64,000 bases of DNA from an uncultured virus (IMG/VR IMGVR_UViG_3300030376_004364) (lineage: Duplodnaviria; Heunggongvirae; Uroviricota; Caudoviricetes; Crassvirales). The notes below the pieces were generated by a model. That model had not been told where the DNA came from. It saw only the letters and a list, made by a program, of their open reading frames with translations, and ran no database searches. A program made the position numbers and the translations under genes. Each line of letters starts with the position of its first letter. The stretch's first letter is position 1. The stretch is from IMG/VR virus record IMGVR_UViG_3300030376_004364, one strand, 5' to 3'. Below are positions 54,240 through 63,919 of this stretch, in pieces.

Positions 54240-54258
54240 TAACTTTGCAACAAAGATA
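54240..54258. promoter_or_regulatory. Two opposed -7 elements serving divergent genes
   Basis: TAACTTTG on + (54240-54247) and TATCTTTG on - (54251-54258) in a 39-nt intergenic gap. Confidence 0.7.
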
Positions 54259-54265
54259 AGAAATT

Positions 54266-54472
54266 ATGTCAGACAAGAAAAACGATATTAACTTTAGTGA
54301 TAAAGCTATAGAAACAATTACAGCTCTTTCAAAAAAGTTGGCTGCCAATCGAGAAGGTAAAAAAAAGACTACTAAAAAAAAGACTAAGCCTAAGCCCCCA
54401 GGTGTCAGAATATCAGGTATGGGGCAGTTAGGAAAGTTTAATAAATCTAGTAAATCAACAAGAACAGCATAA
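54266..54472 (+). CDS. Small basic protein
   Basis: 68 aa, Lys-rich. Confidence 0.6.
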   Translation: MSDKKNDINFSDKAIETITALSKKLAANREGKKKTTKKKTKPKPPGVRISGMGQLGKFNKSSKSTRTA

Positions 54473-54624
54473 TGGGAATAGCACTAGGTAATGGAAACGG
54501 AATACCGTTTGTAGAAAAAAGACAACCAATTATTATAACCGATTTCATCATTACAGAGATTGATGAATTTTGTATACAAGAAACAGGTGGAGCTAATGCA
54601 AGAATGCTACCTGAAAACTCATAA
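54472..54624 (+). CDS. Small virion-associated protein (50 aa)
   Basis: MGIALGNGNGIPF...FIITE..EFCIQE; TAATG coupling. Confidence 0.55.
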   Translation: MGIALGNGNGIPFVEKRQPIIITDFIITEIDEFCIQETGGANARMLPENS

Positions 54625-54634
54625 ATAAAAAAAC

Positions 54635-55558
54635 ATGGCAAATTTAAAATTTTCACAATTCGCAAACAAAACATTAATAACTGACGTAGATTTTCTAGTT
54701 GGATATACTAACTTAGAAAACGTACGAATAAGCACTAGTGATTTGTTCGCTGGATTTGGTACAGGAACTCCTAAAGATATCACTATGTGGAATGCTGCAG
54801 GCACAGGTATAGTTGATAGTATAATGAATCAAAATGCCACTGACAATGGGATTGAAATATTTGGCGATTTATATGTAGAAAACAATTACACTAGTGATGG
54901 AGACATAACATTAGCTAGTGGGGCTATTACATTAACATCAGGTAGTGTTACAGCAACATCAGGTATTGCGACTTTTAATAGTTTTGTAAAAACAGGAGGT
55001 ACAGCACTAGAGTATTTAATGGCTGACGGTTCTGTTACTACAGCTCCACCAACAGGAGTTACTGAGTTTATAGAGTTAACAGATACTCCAAATACTTTTG
55101 GTTGCCAACCAGACAGTACATTTGGTAAAGGAAAGAATGTTAAGGTGAACTCTACAGGTAGTTTATTAGAATTTACTCCTGATTATTTTGATTTTGCTTG
55201 TAGCGATGAAGAAACTAATTTGACAGCAGGTAACAAAAAATTTACTATTGTTTTTACTAGAGCTTTTAATTGTGTATCAGAAATTAGATTTTCAGTTACT
55301 CAAGCTCCAACAGGTGCAGATATTATTTTAGAAGTTGCAAAAAATGGAACTAGTATTTTTACAGGAACTAATTATCCTACGATAGATGCAGGTACAAAGA
55401 CAACAAATGTATCAGCATCACCTCAAGTAGTATCTGCAGGTTATGTAGATTTTGCTGTCGGAGATGAACTGAAAGTAGGAATAACACAAGTAGGAAGCAC
55501 AGTTGCAGGGGCAGGATTAAAAGCAAGTATGGTATATAATAATTGTCCATGTTTATAA
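54635..55558 (+). CDS. Fibre/spike-like virion protein
   Basis: 307 aa; YLMADGS, ACSDE...L.AG, APTGADI and ITQVGSTVAGAGLK motifs. Confidence 0.65.
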   Translation: MANLKFSQFANKTLITDVDFLVGYTNLENVRISTSDLFAGFGTGTPKDITMWNAAGTGIVDSIMNQNATDNGIEIFGDLYVENNYTSDGDITLASGAITLTSGSVTATSGIATFNSFVKTGGTALEYLMADGSVTTAPPTGVTEFIELTDTPNTFGCQPDSTFGKGKNVKVNSTGSLLEFTPDYFDFACSDEETNLTAGNKKFTIVFTRAFNCVSEIRFSVTQAPTGADIILEVAKNGTSIFTGTNYPTIDAGTKTTNVSASPQVVSAGYVDFAVGDELKVGITQVGSTVAGAGLKASMVYNNCPCL

Positions 55559-55571
55559 AATAAAATAAAAT

Positions 55572-56849
55572 ATGAATTTTTTAAATACGTTTTGGTATAA
55601 TACTTCAGGAACTTCTAGTTTTGAAACTAAATGGAGAACAACACTAAACAATCAATCAATTACTTTACCTTATATTTCTAATGGTACTTACTCTGGAACT
55701 ATTGATTGGGGAGATGGAACTGTTGTAGCAAATACTTATGCAAACAGGTCACATACTTATATAACTTCAGGGGATTACAATGTAGTAATTGATGGAGAAT
55801 GTTCAAAATGGAATTTTGCCACAACAAATAATTCTGCACAAAAAATAATTGAAGTACTAGGTTGGGGAACTTATAGTTTTGAAGAGTGTTCTTTTAGTAA
55901 TTGTGGTAATTTTATTGGAGGTCCTGTTTGCAGGGATATAATAAACTTATCTCCTAATGCTAACCTTTCTTTTAACACTTGTAGAGCTTTAACTACCATT
56001 CAGAATATAGAGTTTTGGGATATTAGTAATCTGACCAGCACTCTAGGTATGTTTCAAAACTGCAGAAATTTTACTGGAGACTTATCTAATTGGGATATGA
56101 GCAATGTAACTAATGCGTTTTTTATGTTTTTTGGTGCTAGAGTTTTTAATTCAGATGTTAGTTCTTGGGACACTTCTTCATTAGCAGCATGTGTATATAT
56201 GTTTGGAAATTGTGATAATTTTAATAGCGATATAAATTTTGACCTTACTTCAGGAACTAATTTTTCTTATGGATTGTTTACTGGATGTACGTCTTTTGAT
56301 GGTGATATGAGTGGAATGGACACTAGTACATTAACTAGTATGAGGGATATGTTTACTGATTGTACATCTTTAAATAATAACTCTATGATGGGCTGGGATG
56401 TGAGTAATGTAACTGATATGGTTAATATGTTTCAAGGCTGTACTTCTTTCAACCAAGATTTTACAACTTGGAACACAAGTAATGTAACTTCTATGATGCG
56501 TATGTTTAGTAGTGCCACTGCTTTTAATGGTAATGTTGATGTATTTGATACAAGCTCTGTAAATAATATGGAATTTATGTTTGCTAATGCTGATGCTTTT
56601 GACCAAGATTTTAGTAATTGGGATATTTCAGTCACTGGATTATCAATGCAAGGTTTTATGTTTGGTAAAACATTTAATAATTACAGTGCTTCTAATTATG
56701 ATATTTTACTTCAAAGATGTCAAAGTGGTGGGTTGTCAAATGTTACTTTAGATATGGGAACAATTAAATTTACATCAGGAGGTCAAGCACGTAAAAATGA
56801 TTTAGTAAACAATTATGGTTGGACAATAAGTGATGGAGGACTCGTTTAA
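55572..56849 (+). CDS. DUF285/BspA-like repeat surface protein with a PKD-like N-terminal domain
   Basis: IDWGDG...H.Y, then about nine ~25-aa repeats of the form WDxSNVTxMxxMFxxCxxFN. Confidence 0.85.
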   Translation: MNFLNTFWYNTSGTSSFETKWRTTLNNQSITLPYISNGTYSGTIDWGDGTVVANTYANRSHTYITSGDYNVVIDGECSKWNFATTNNSAQKIIEVLGWGTYSFEECSFSNCGNFIGGPVCRDIINLSPNANLSFNTCRALTTIQNIEFWDISNLTSTLGMFQNCRNFTGDLSNWDMSNVTNAFFMFFGARVFNSDVSSWDTSSLAACVYMFGNCDNFNSDINFDLTSGTNFSYGLFTGCTSFDGDMSGMDTSTLTSMRDMFTDCTSLNNNSMMGWDVSNVTDMVNMFQGCTSFNQDFTTWNTSNVTSMMRMFSSATAFNGNVDVFDTSSVNNMEFMFANADAFDQDFSNWDISVTGLSMQGFMFGKTFNNYSASNYDILLQRCQSGGLSNVTLDMGTIKFTSGGQARKNDLVNNYGWTISDGGLV

Positions 56850-56919
56850 ACATAAAATTTTATTAGCAGCTGTACTCATAGCAATGCTAATAACAGCTGT
56901 AATAATATAAATTAAATAA

Positions 56920-57618
56920 ATGGCTAGAATACAAAAGTACAAGATAGATGAGAATGTATCTGGTAAAGATAAAGTTATAGGTACAGACCTAGAGACAGGT
57001 AGAGCAACTAGAAATTACACTATTGAATCTTTAGGACATTATCTTTCTGTTACTGAGCAGATGAAATTTAAGTATGTTCAGACGCCCTTATCAGGGTTAG
57101 GAACGTTTTCACCTTCAGCTGGAGGAACCAACTTTAAACCTTTTAGTCAGATAACAAATTTTGTTATTGCAAAAGAAGATGAGGCTGGACAAGATGTAGT
57201 TCCTTTTATAAATTATTTAGTAGGCTCTGAAATCCTTGTAATAAAGCAGGATGACATATCCCAGTTCGGTCATTATAGTGTAATCAGCTATTCTTTAAAT
57301 ACATCTATTCCCAGTAATACTAGTTATTATGATTTAGCATTGGTATATATAGGCGGCAATGGCTCTCTTGAATTAGATGAGTTATATAATTTTGCTAACT
57401 TTGTAAAAGCTGGAGACGTAGGTGACAAGACATTTATATTTGAACAGATTACTCCATCAGCAACATGGAACATTACGCATACATTAAATAAATTTCCATC
57501 AGTTTCTGTAGTAGATACTGCAGGCACTCAAGTGTTTACTGATGTAAATTACATAGATAATAAGAATATAACATTGACTTTTTCTACAGGATTTGCAGGA
57601 AAAGCATTTTTAAACTAA
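56920..57618 (+). CDS. Virion fibre-associated protein
   Basis: C-terminal Q..PSATWNITH.LNKFPSVSVVD...F.GKAFLN module. Confidence 0.65.
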   Translation: MARIQKYKIDENVSGKDKVIGTDLETGRATRNYTIESLGHYLSVTEQMKFKYVQTPLSGLGTFSPSAGGTNFKPFSQITNFVIAKEDEAGQDVVPFINYLVGSEILVIKQDDISQFGHYSVISYSLNTSIPSNTSYYDLALVYIGGNGSLELDELYNFANFVKAGDVGDKTFIFEQITPSATWNITHTLNKFPSVSVVDTAGTQVFTDVNYIDNKNITLTFSTGFAGKAFLN

Positions 57619-57624
57619 GAAATC

Positions 57625-59211
57625 ATGCCAATATTTTACGACCCAATTAATTTAGCAACTAATCAATTAGAGCAAGCTCGAATTGAAAATTTAGGTTCTG
57701 ACCCAGGAACAGGTGTTTCAGGACAGATATACTATAATACAGTAAGTAATAAACTAAAGTTTTATGATGGTTCAGCTTGGGCTAACATAGGTGGAGGCTC
57801 AGCAGCTAATGATTTCTTAACAGGATTAAGTTTTAATACTGCCGATGGAGTATTGACTGCTACTGTTCAAAATCAAAGTAATGTTACTGTAGATTTAGAT
57901 GGCAGATACGCATTAACTGGAGATATTGGAAACGGAACTTTAACGGTTCAGGGAACAGGAGCTTTAGGAGGAACAGGAACATTTACTGCTAATCAAGCAG
58001 GAAATACTACTATATCTGTAACGCATGATTCTTTTACTGATTCACAGACTACAGATACAGCTACTTTAACATTTGGAGGAACATTCCAGGCTTATACAGA
58101 TGTAACTTCAAATTCAACAGGACATGTAATAGGTCATGAGCTAACTACTTTCACACTTCCTGCAGCACCAACTGATGTAGATAACTACGTAGATAGTGTT
58201 TCGTTTAGTACAGCTAATGGTGTGTTGACACTAGGAAGAACAGGAGCGTTAGCTGATTTAACTGTAGATTTGGATGGAAGGTACATAGAAAGTTTTACTC
58301 TTACAGGTGATTCAGGAAGTGACCAAACAATCGTTAGTGGCAATACTTTAGATATAGCAGGCGGAACAAATATATCAACAGTAGTTGGAGGAACTGATAC
58401 TGTAACAGTAAACTTAGATGATAGTGTTACATTAGCAGGTCAACTTACCGTAAGTGGCACTGGACAAAATTCATTTGTTGGTCAAGTAACTATTCCAACA
58501 ACGCCTAGTGCAGGTACTGATGCAGCTTCTAAAAACTATGTAGATACAACATTGGCAGGCTCAGGAGCTTTGATATTCCAGGGAGGTTATGATGCTACAA
58601 CGACACCTCCATCAACAGGTGTAAAAAAAGGATGGACTTATGTAGTAACTGTAGCAGGTAATGCTTCAGGATTTTGGACTGTCCCATTAGAAGTAGGTGA
58701 TTTAATTATTTCTAATCAAGATACTCCAGTAGATGATGGCGATTGGACAGAGGTAAATAAAAATGTTGACCTAGCAAGTTTAACTCAAGTAGGTATAGGT
58801 AATGTAAATGCTTCTGCAGCTGCAGCTTTAGATGGATTATCGGTAGCTTATTCTGCAGGTACTGCTACTATAGGATTAGATGTTCCTGGCTTGACCGACT
58901 TAGGTGCAACACCAGCATCAGGAGATTCATTAATAATTTATGATACTAGTGCTTCGCAAAATAAAGAAATAACAGTTTCTAATTTATTATCAGGAGTTAA
59001 CGGAGACAATACTTTTGCAGACACTATATCAGCAACTGCTACGGTAACTCATAATTTAGGAACTAAAGATGTAATAGTGCAGTTGTATGATACGGTAACA
59101 GATTTAACTGTTTATGCTAGAGTAGATAGAGCTTCTACTAATACAGTTACTATAACATTTGGAACTACGCCTGCTAATAATGTAAGAGTTCTAATACAAA
59201 AAATAGGATAA
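57625..59211 (+). CDS. Tail fibre protein
   Basis: Repeated TVDLDGRY, DAASKNYVD, VTHNLGTKDVIVQLYD. Confidence 0.7.
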   Translation: MPIFYDPINLATNQLEQARIENLGSDPGTGVSGQIYYNTVSNKLKFYDGSAWANIGGGSAANDFLTGLSFNTADGVLTATVQNQSNVTVDLDGRYALTGDIGNGTLTVQGTGALGGTGTFTANQAGNTTISVTHDSFTDSQTTDTATLTFGGTFQAYTDVTSNSTGHVIGHELTTFTLPAAPTDVDNYVDSVSFSTANGVLTLGRTGALADLTVDLDGRYIESFTLTGDSGSDQTIVSGNTLDIAGGTNISTVVGGTDTVTVNLDDSVTLAGQLTVSGTGQNSFVGQVTIPTTPSAGTDAASKNYVDTTLAGSGALIFQGGYDATTTPPSTGVKKGWTYVVTVAGNASGFWTVPLEVGDLIISNQDTPVDDGDWTEVNKNVDLASLTQVGIGNVNASAAAALDGLSVAYSAGTATIGLDVPGLTDLGATPASGDSLIIYDTSASQNKEITVSNLLSGVNGDNTFADTISATATVTHNLGTKDVIVQLYDTVTDLTVYARVDRASTNTVTITFGTTPANNVRVLIQKIG

Positions 59212-59215
59212 TTAA

Positions 59216-60253
59216 ATGGCAATAGAATATTATGACAGTTTAAATATTGATAGTAATGATGACTCTTACTTTCTTGGAAGCGTAGGTATAGGAACTACTA
59301 GTCCTGGTGCTAAATTACAAATTGGTTCTGCAACACATGCACCAAGCGGTAATTTAGCTAACAATTTTTTACAGATTAAATCATCTTCAGGCTTTGCATA
59401 TTTAACTATTGGCAACGGTGATGTTGCAAACTCCACATCTTATATCGGTGGTGCTTCTGGATTTACAGTAATTGGTTCGGTAACAGATGCTGGGGCTTTA
59501 TCAGAACATATGCGTATAACCAATACAGGTAACGTAGGAATAGGGACAACAAGTCCTACCGCACCTTTAGATGTACGCAGGTCAGATGCTAGTGGTGTGG
59601 TTGCAGAGTTTAATAATAATGTTGGATATGGTCTTAATATTAATGTAGAAAGTGATGGTGGTAATAATACCATAAGTTCAGGAACTAATCAATCTTTATC
59701 CTTTGTAACAAATGGAGGTTCAAATGAAAGAATGAGAATAGGCATTACAGGTAACGTAGGGATAGGGACGACTAGTCCTAGTGAAAAGCTTGACGTAAAT
59801 GGAACTGTAAACTTAACAAATCTTAAAATAGCAACTGCACAAGGCACAGACGGACAAGTCTTAACCTCAACAGGCTCTGGTGTTGCGTGGGAAGATGCAG
59901 GCGGAGGAAGTGGAACAGTTACTAGTATAGTTGCAGGAACAGGATTAACAGGAGGAACTATTACCACTAGTGGCACAATAGCTTTAGATTATTCTGGAAA
60001 TAACAACTTTATACTTTCAAGTGGAACACAATTAACATCAGCAGCTGATGACGATGTTTTAGCTATAGTAGATGTTAATGATGCTAGAGAAGTAAAGTAT
60101 ATTGACAAAGAAGATTTTTTAGAAGACCAAGTAACTTCTGTAACAACAGGCGAACCAAGTGGTTCTGACTCAGTTATAAATATAGTTAGTTTAACACAAG
60201 CGGAATATGACGCTGGAACACCAGTAGCAACCACTTTATATATAATAACTTAA
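59216..60253 (+). CDS. Tail fibre protein with GNVGIGTTSP repeats
   Basis: Three G.VGIGTTSP repeats, GTDGQVLTS, GTVTSI.AGTGLTGG. Confidence 0.75.
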   Translation: MAIEYYDSLNIDSNDDSYFLGSVGIGTTSPGAKLQIGSATHAPSGNLANNFLQIKSSSGFAYLTIGNGDVANSTSYIGGASGFTVIGSVTDAGALSEHMRITNTGNVGIGTTSPTAPLDVRRSDASGVVAEFNNNVGYGLNINVESDGGNNTISSGTNQSLSFVTNGGSNERMRIGITGNVGIGTTSPSEKLDVNGTVNLTNLKIATAQGTDGQVLTSTGSGVAWEDAGGGSGTVTSIVAGTGLTGGTITTSGTIALDYSGNNNFILSSGTQLTSAADDDVLAIVDVNDAREVKYIDKEDFLEDQVTSVTTGEPSGSDSVINIVSLTQAEYDAGTPVATTLYIIT

Positions 60254-60628
60254 TATGGCTATTTCCTTAGGAAGCGGAAGTATAAGTGCTTTAAAACTAG
60301 GTTCAACTGCAGTAACCAAAGCATATCTGGGAAGCACTCAAGTTTTTCCTGTAGCTTCAGGAGTTGCAACAGCTACTTTAAGTGTAGCTGGGGCAGTTAG
60401 AACAGGCAACGGTACTTATGCATCAACGCAGTATGCTACCTCTGGAAGTGGCTCAGGAGCTACTTTTGATGTAGTTATAAATAATCGTACGGCAATATCA
60501 TTTTCAGTAACTGGAGCAGGAACAGGATATGCTGTAGGAGATACAATTACATTACAGATTGGTTCAGTATCATCAACGTTTCAAAATCCAAGAGTACAAT
60601 TAACTGTTGCAAGCTTAGGATAAATAAA
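60180..60628 (+). repeat. Long imperfect direct repeat, copy 2 of 1-449
   Basis: Offset of 60,179 nt; about 96% identical. Confidence 0.95.
60255..60623 (+). CDS. Small virion protein, allele of 76..444
   Basis: 8 amino-acid differences in 122. Confidence 0.7.
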   Translation: MAISLGSGSISALKLGSTAVTKAYLGSTQVFPVASGVATATLSVAGAVRTGNGTYASTQYATSGSGSGATFDVVINNRTAISFSVTGAGTGYAVGDTITLQIGSVSSTFQNPRVQLTVASLG

Positions 60629-60677
60629 ATTGTAGTTTTTTTAAATTACGTGTGATTATATAATAAAATCTAATTAA

Positions 60678-62216
60678 ATGAATCAAATAGTAAAACAATT
60701 TAGCTTTGGTGACAAAGGTAGAGAAAAAGTGTTTAAAGGTATCGAAACACTTACTGAAGCTGTAGCCTCTACATTAGGAGGGGGCGGTGAATGTGTAATT
60801 TTTGAGGATGCCCAAGGAATACCTGTAATAACTAAAGATGGTGTAACAGTAGCGGAATTATCCGTATTATTAGATCCTGTAGAAAATATGGGAGCATCAC
60901 TAGTTAAACAAGCAGCAAGAAGAACGGTTGCTGAAGCGGGAGACGGAACAACTACATCTACAGTATTAGCTCATGCAATATTAAAAGAGTTTGCAAAGTC
61001 ACCTTTAAAATTTACTAGTAGAGAAAAAAGAGATGCAATAAACAATATTGTAAATAAAGTTTTAGCACACTTAGAAAAACAAGCTAAACCGGTTAACGGC
61101 GAAATGATTGATGAAGTGGCCACTATATCTACTAACAACGATGCTGAATTAGGAAAGCTAATCGCAGATGCATATAGAGCAGTAGATTTAACTGGGGTTG
61201 TTATGATGGAAACATCACAAGACGGTAATACTAGTATAGAAGTAGTTGAAGGTGTACAATATGAAAAAGGTTTTACAAATAATCATTTTGTAACTAACCA
61301 CGCGAGCAATACTGCAGAATTGAATAATCCTAAAATACTACTAGTTGATTCAGCAGTAGACACGATTAGACAAATACAAACTATATTAGAGTATGTTATA
61401 AAAAATAACTTAGCTTTACTTATAGTCGGAGATGTCGATCCTAAGGTTGCAGCAGCACTTGCAATGAATAAAAACAAAGGTTCTATAAAAGTTAATATAG
61501 TTCCAGCGCCAACGCATGGTGTTAATAGAAAAGAAATATTTGATGACCTAGCCTTATTAACAGGAGCAACTGTAGTAAGTGAGAATTTAGGTGATGATTT
61601 AGATTTAATTGATTTAGATTGTTTAGGCACTTGTATCAAAGCTGTATCAACATTTAAAGATACAGTTTTCCAGGTAGCAGAAGAACAATCGGAAGATATT
61701 AAATTAATTATTGAAAGTATAAAAGAACAATTGCTTATAGAAAGCAATCCCAACAAAATAGTTAAACTTGAAAAAAGATTAGCTATGCTAGCTGCAAAAC
61801 TTGCAATAGTAAAAGTTGGAGGTAATTCTGAGGTTGAATTAAATGAAAAGAAAGATAGAGTTGAAGATGCAATATGCGCAACTAAAGCTGCTATAAAAGA
61901 AGGTGTGGTTGCCGGTGGCGGAGTTGCACTAATTAATGCAATCAGAAGTATAAAACCAAAGTCACCTAGCGAAGCGCTAGTTATTGAAGCTTTGTATTAT
62001 CCTTGTAAAACAATTATGAAAAATGCAGGGTTAGAATATGAACATATAAATAAAAAAGATTTTGGTGTTAATGTTGAAACTGGGAAAACAGTAAATATGT
62101 TTAAAGCAGGCATTATAGATCCTGTGTTAGTTACCAAGTCGGCATTAAAAAATGCTGCCTCAGTTGCTTCGACTATATTGTCCACCAACTGTGTTATGTC
62201 TAACGTAAGAGGATAA
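60678..62216 (+). CDS. groEL: Second, divergent GroEL
   Basis: TKDGVTVA, AGDGTTTS, KDRVEDA, EGVVAGGG and GIIDP motifs. Confidence 0.95.
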   Translation: MNQIVKQFSFGDKGREKVFKGIETLTEAVASTLGGGGECVIFEDAQGIPVITKDGVTVAELSVLLDPVENMGASLVKQAARRTVAEAGDGTTTSTVLAHAILKEFAKSPLKFTSREKRDAINNIVNKVLAHLEKQAKPVNGEMIDEVATISTNNDAELGKLIADAYRAVDLTGVVMMETSQDGNTSIEVVEGVQYEKGFTNNHFVTNHASNTAELNNPKILLVDSAVDTIRQIQTILEYVIKNNLALLIVGDVDPKVAAALAMNKNKGSIKVNIVPAPTHGVNRKEIFDDLALLTGATVVSENLGDDLDLIDLDCLGTCIKAVSTFKDTVFQVAEEQSEDIKLIIESIKEQLLIESNPNKIVKLEKRLAMLAAKLAIVKVGGNSEVELNEKKDRVEDAICATKAAIKEGVVAGGGVALINAIRSIKPKSPSEALVIEALYYPCKTIMKNAGLEYEHINKKDFGVNVETGKTVNMFKAGIIDPVLVTKSALKNAASVASTILSTNCVMSNVRG

Positions 62217-62217
62217 T

Positions 62218-62478
62218 ATGAATGCAATAGGTAGAAACATAATAATAAAAAAATTAAAAGAAGGTGTTACTAAAACTAAAGGCGGTTTGCTTTTAGCGGA
62301 AAATCACCGAGAAGATATAAGATACGTAGAAGCTACAGTAGTGTCTACTGGATCTGAATGTGACGGAATAAATAAAGATGATGTGATATATTACGATCGT
62401 CATGCGGGCCACAAAATTGAACTTGATAAAGAAACATATCATGTTATTAAAGCTCAAGATGTAGTATTTGTTTTATGA
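62218..62478 (+). CDS. groES: Second GroES
   Basis: MNAIGRNIII...TKGGLLL...DVIYYDRHAG; homologous to 53324..53581. Confidence 0.88.
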   Translation: MNAIGRNIIIKKLKEGVTKTKGGLLLAENHREDIRYVEATVVSTGSECDGINKDDVIYYDRHAGHKIELDKETYHVIKAQDVVFVL

Positions 62479-62921
62479 GAGAGTTAACCGGCCAAAAGTT
62501 AAAAGAAATAGGTCTGTTAAAACATTATAGAGTAATACGAAGATGGGCTTGTAAAAAAACAGGCTTAACTGATGCTGATTTGGAATTACTAATATACTTT
62601 GATTGTTTAGGTAACTTCACAAGAAAAGATTTTGAAGATGGCATTTTAATTTATTCTTGGGATAATAGAAGATGGAATAGATTGCTAAAAGAAGGTTGGA
62701 TAGTTAAATGGAGAGGTTATAATGGAGCAGATAAAAGCTATAGTATATATCAGGTTAGTTTACAAACAAAAAATATAATACAACAGATTTATAGAATAAT
62801 GCTTGGGACCGAAGATATACCAACTTCTACAAGACGCAACCCAGCAATGAAAAGAATTTCTTACAGTGACAAAACTTTAGCCACTGCTATAGAAAAAATT
62901 AATAAAGATAAAACAAGATAA
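62475..62921 (+). CDS. Winged-helix-like protein; homolog of 53795..54226
   Basis: LKHYRVIR...GLTDADLELLIY...YSWD.RRW..LLKEGWI...SYSDK. Confidence 0.7.
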   Translation: MRELTGQKLKEIGLLKHYRVIRRWACKKTGLTDADLELLIYFDCLGNFTRKDFEDGILIYSWDNRRWNRLLKEGWIVKWRGYNGADKSYSIYQVSLQTKNIIQQIYRIMLGTEDIPTSTRRNPAMKRISYSDKTLATAIEKINKDKTR

Positions 62922-62923
62922 TT

Positions 62924-63307
62924 ATGGCAGGAATAATGGCAGCAATGAAAAGTTTTGATGAATTGGGTTCTAAGTTTTCAAATAACCCAGCTCTTAAAGC
63001 GATACAGCAGGCTCAACAAAGAAGACAAGCTCGGCAAAAAGCAGTAAGTCAAACAGCAGGAGTAGCTAGAGCAATAGAGCCAATCTCAACAGTGGCTACA
63101 TCCGCAAATCCAGCAGATACTACTGAACTAGAAACTAGAATAGCAGCATTAGAGGCAGGTGGGTCTAATACACCCGGAACGCCACCTCCATCTACACCGT
63201 CATCTATGTCCCCAGGGGCTATAGCTACAGGGGAAGCAATTTTTGGAACTCAACCGCAGCGAGATATGGCTGTAGATCCTAATATTTTTAACAGAAGATT
63301 TAATTAA
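62924..63307 (+). CDS. Hypothetical low-complexity protein
   Basis: 127-aa ORF. Confidence 0.6.
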   Translation: MAGIMAAMKSFDELGSKFSNNPALKAIQQAQQRRQARQKAVSQTAGVARAIEPISTVATSANPADTTELETRIAALEAGGSNTPGTPPPSTPSSMSPGAIATGEAIFGTQPQRDMAVDPNIFNRRFN

Positions 63308-63315
63308 TAAACGAT

Positions 63316-63546
63316 ATGGAATATAGAAAAAGAATGGTTGACAACCCAACGGGAAAAGCAACTAACTCAAAAGAAATAGGTGAAAGCGCTTTATGGGATG
63401 GACCATTAAGTCAGGAGGGCAGACCTCACGCAAAGGGTAATTCTTCTGGAATAAACCCAATACAAGTTTTAAAATACCCTTGCAGGTATGAGTCAAAACC
63501 AATAACAGAATGTGCCAAAAAAGGAAGGTACAATGAAACTTACTAA
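63316..63546 (+). CDS. Hypothetical protein
   Basis: 76 aa; GESALWDGP...GNSSG motif. Confidence 0.65.
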   Translation: MEYRKRMVDNPTGKATNSKEIGESALWDGPLSQEGRPHAKGNSSGINPIQVLKYPCRYESKPITECAKKGRYNETY

Positions 63547-63919
63547 GAATTTTAATAAATCTGAATTTGAATGTAAGTGCGGTTGTGAAATGCCTCAGAA
63601 TGTTATGTTTGAAATACAAAAACTAGCAGCTCAGTTACAAACAATAAGAGATTTTATAAGAAAACCTATAAAGCTTACAAATGCATATAGGTGTCCTAAG
63701 CACAATAAAGCAGTTGGTGGAGTTTCAAACTCACAACATATTTTAGGAAAAGCTGCAGATATTCAAATTAGTAATATGGAACCTGCGGAAGTCTATAAAA
63801 CTATAGATAACTTAACTGAACACGGTCATATATTACAAGGAGGATTAGGTAAGTATAATACCTTTACTCATTACGATATAAGAAAGACTAAAGCTCGCTG
63901 GGATAAAACATCAGAATAA
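63533..63919 (+). CDS. Second peptidase M15 endolysin
   Basis: Nearly identical protein to 2612..3007; ATG at 63533 (MKLTKNF) preferred. Confidence 0.88.
   Translation: MKLTKNFNKSEFECKCGCEMPQNVMFEIQKLAAQLQTIRDFIRKPIKLTNAYRCPKHNKAVGGVSNSQHILGKAADIQISNMEPAEVYKTIDNLTEHGHILQGGLGKYNTFTHYDIRKTKARWDKTSE

Noticed and set aside
60180..60628. Exact direct terminal repeat or prophage att sites
   Set aside because: Copies differ at about 4% of positions, lie within fibre genes, no integrase is seen and the flank is phage-like rather than bacterial.
60678..62478. Host chromosomal groEL/groES marking a prophage boundary
   Set aside because: Order is groEL then groES, the proteins are divergent and lack the GGM tail, and the neighbours are homologs of phage genes.
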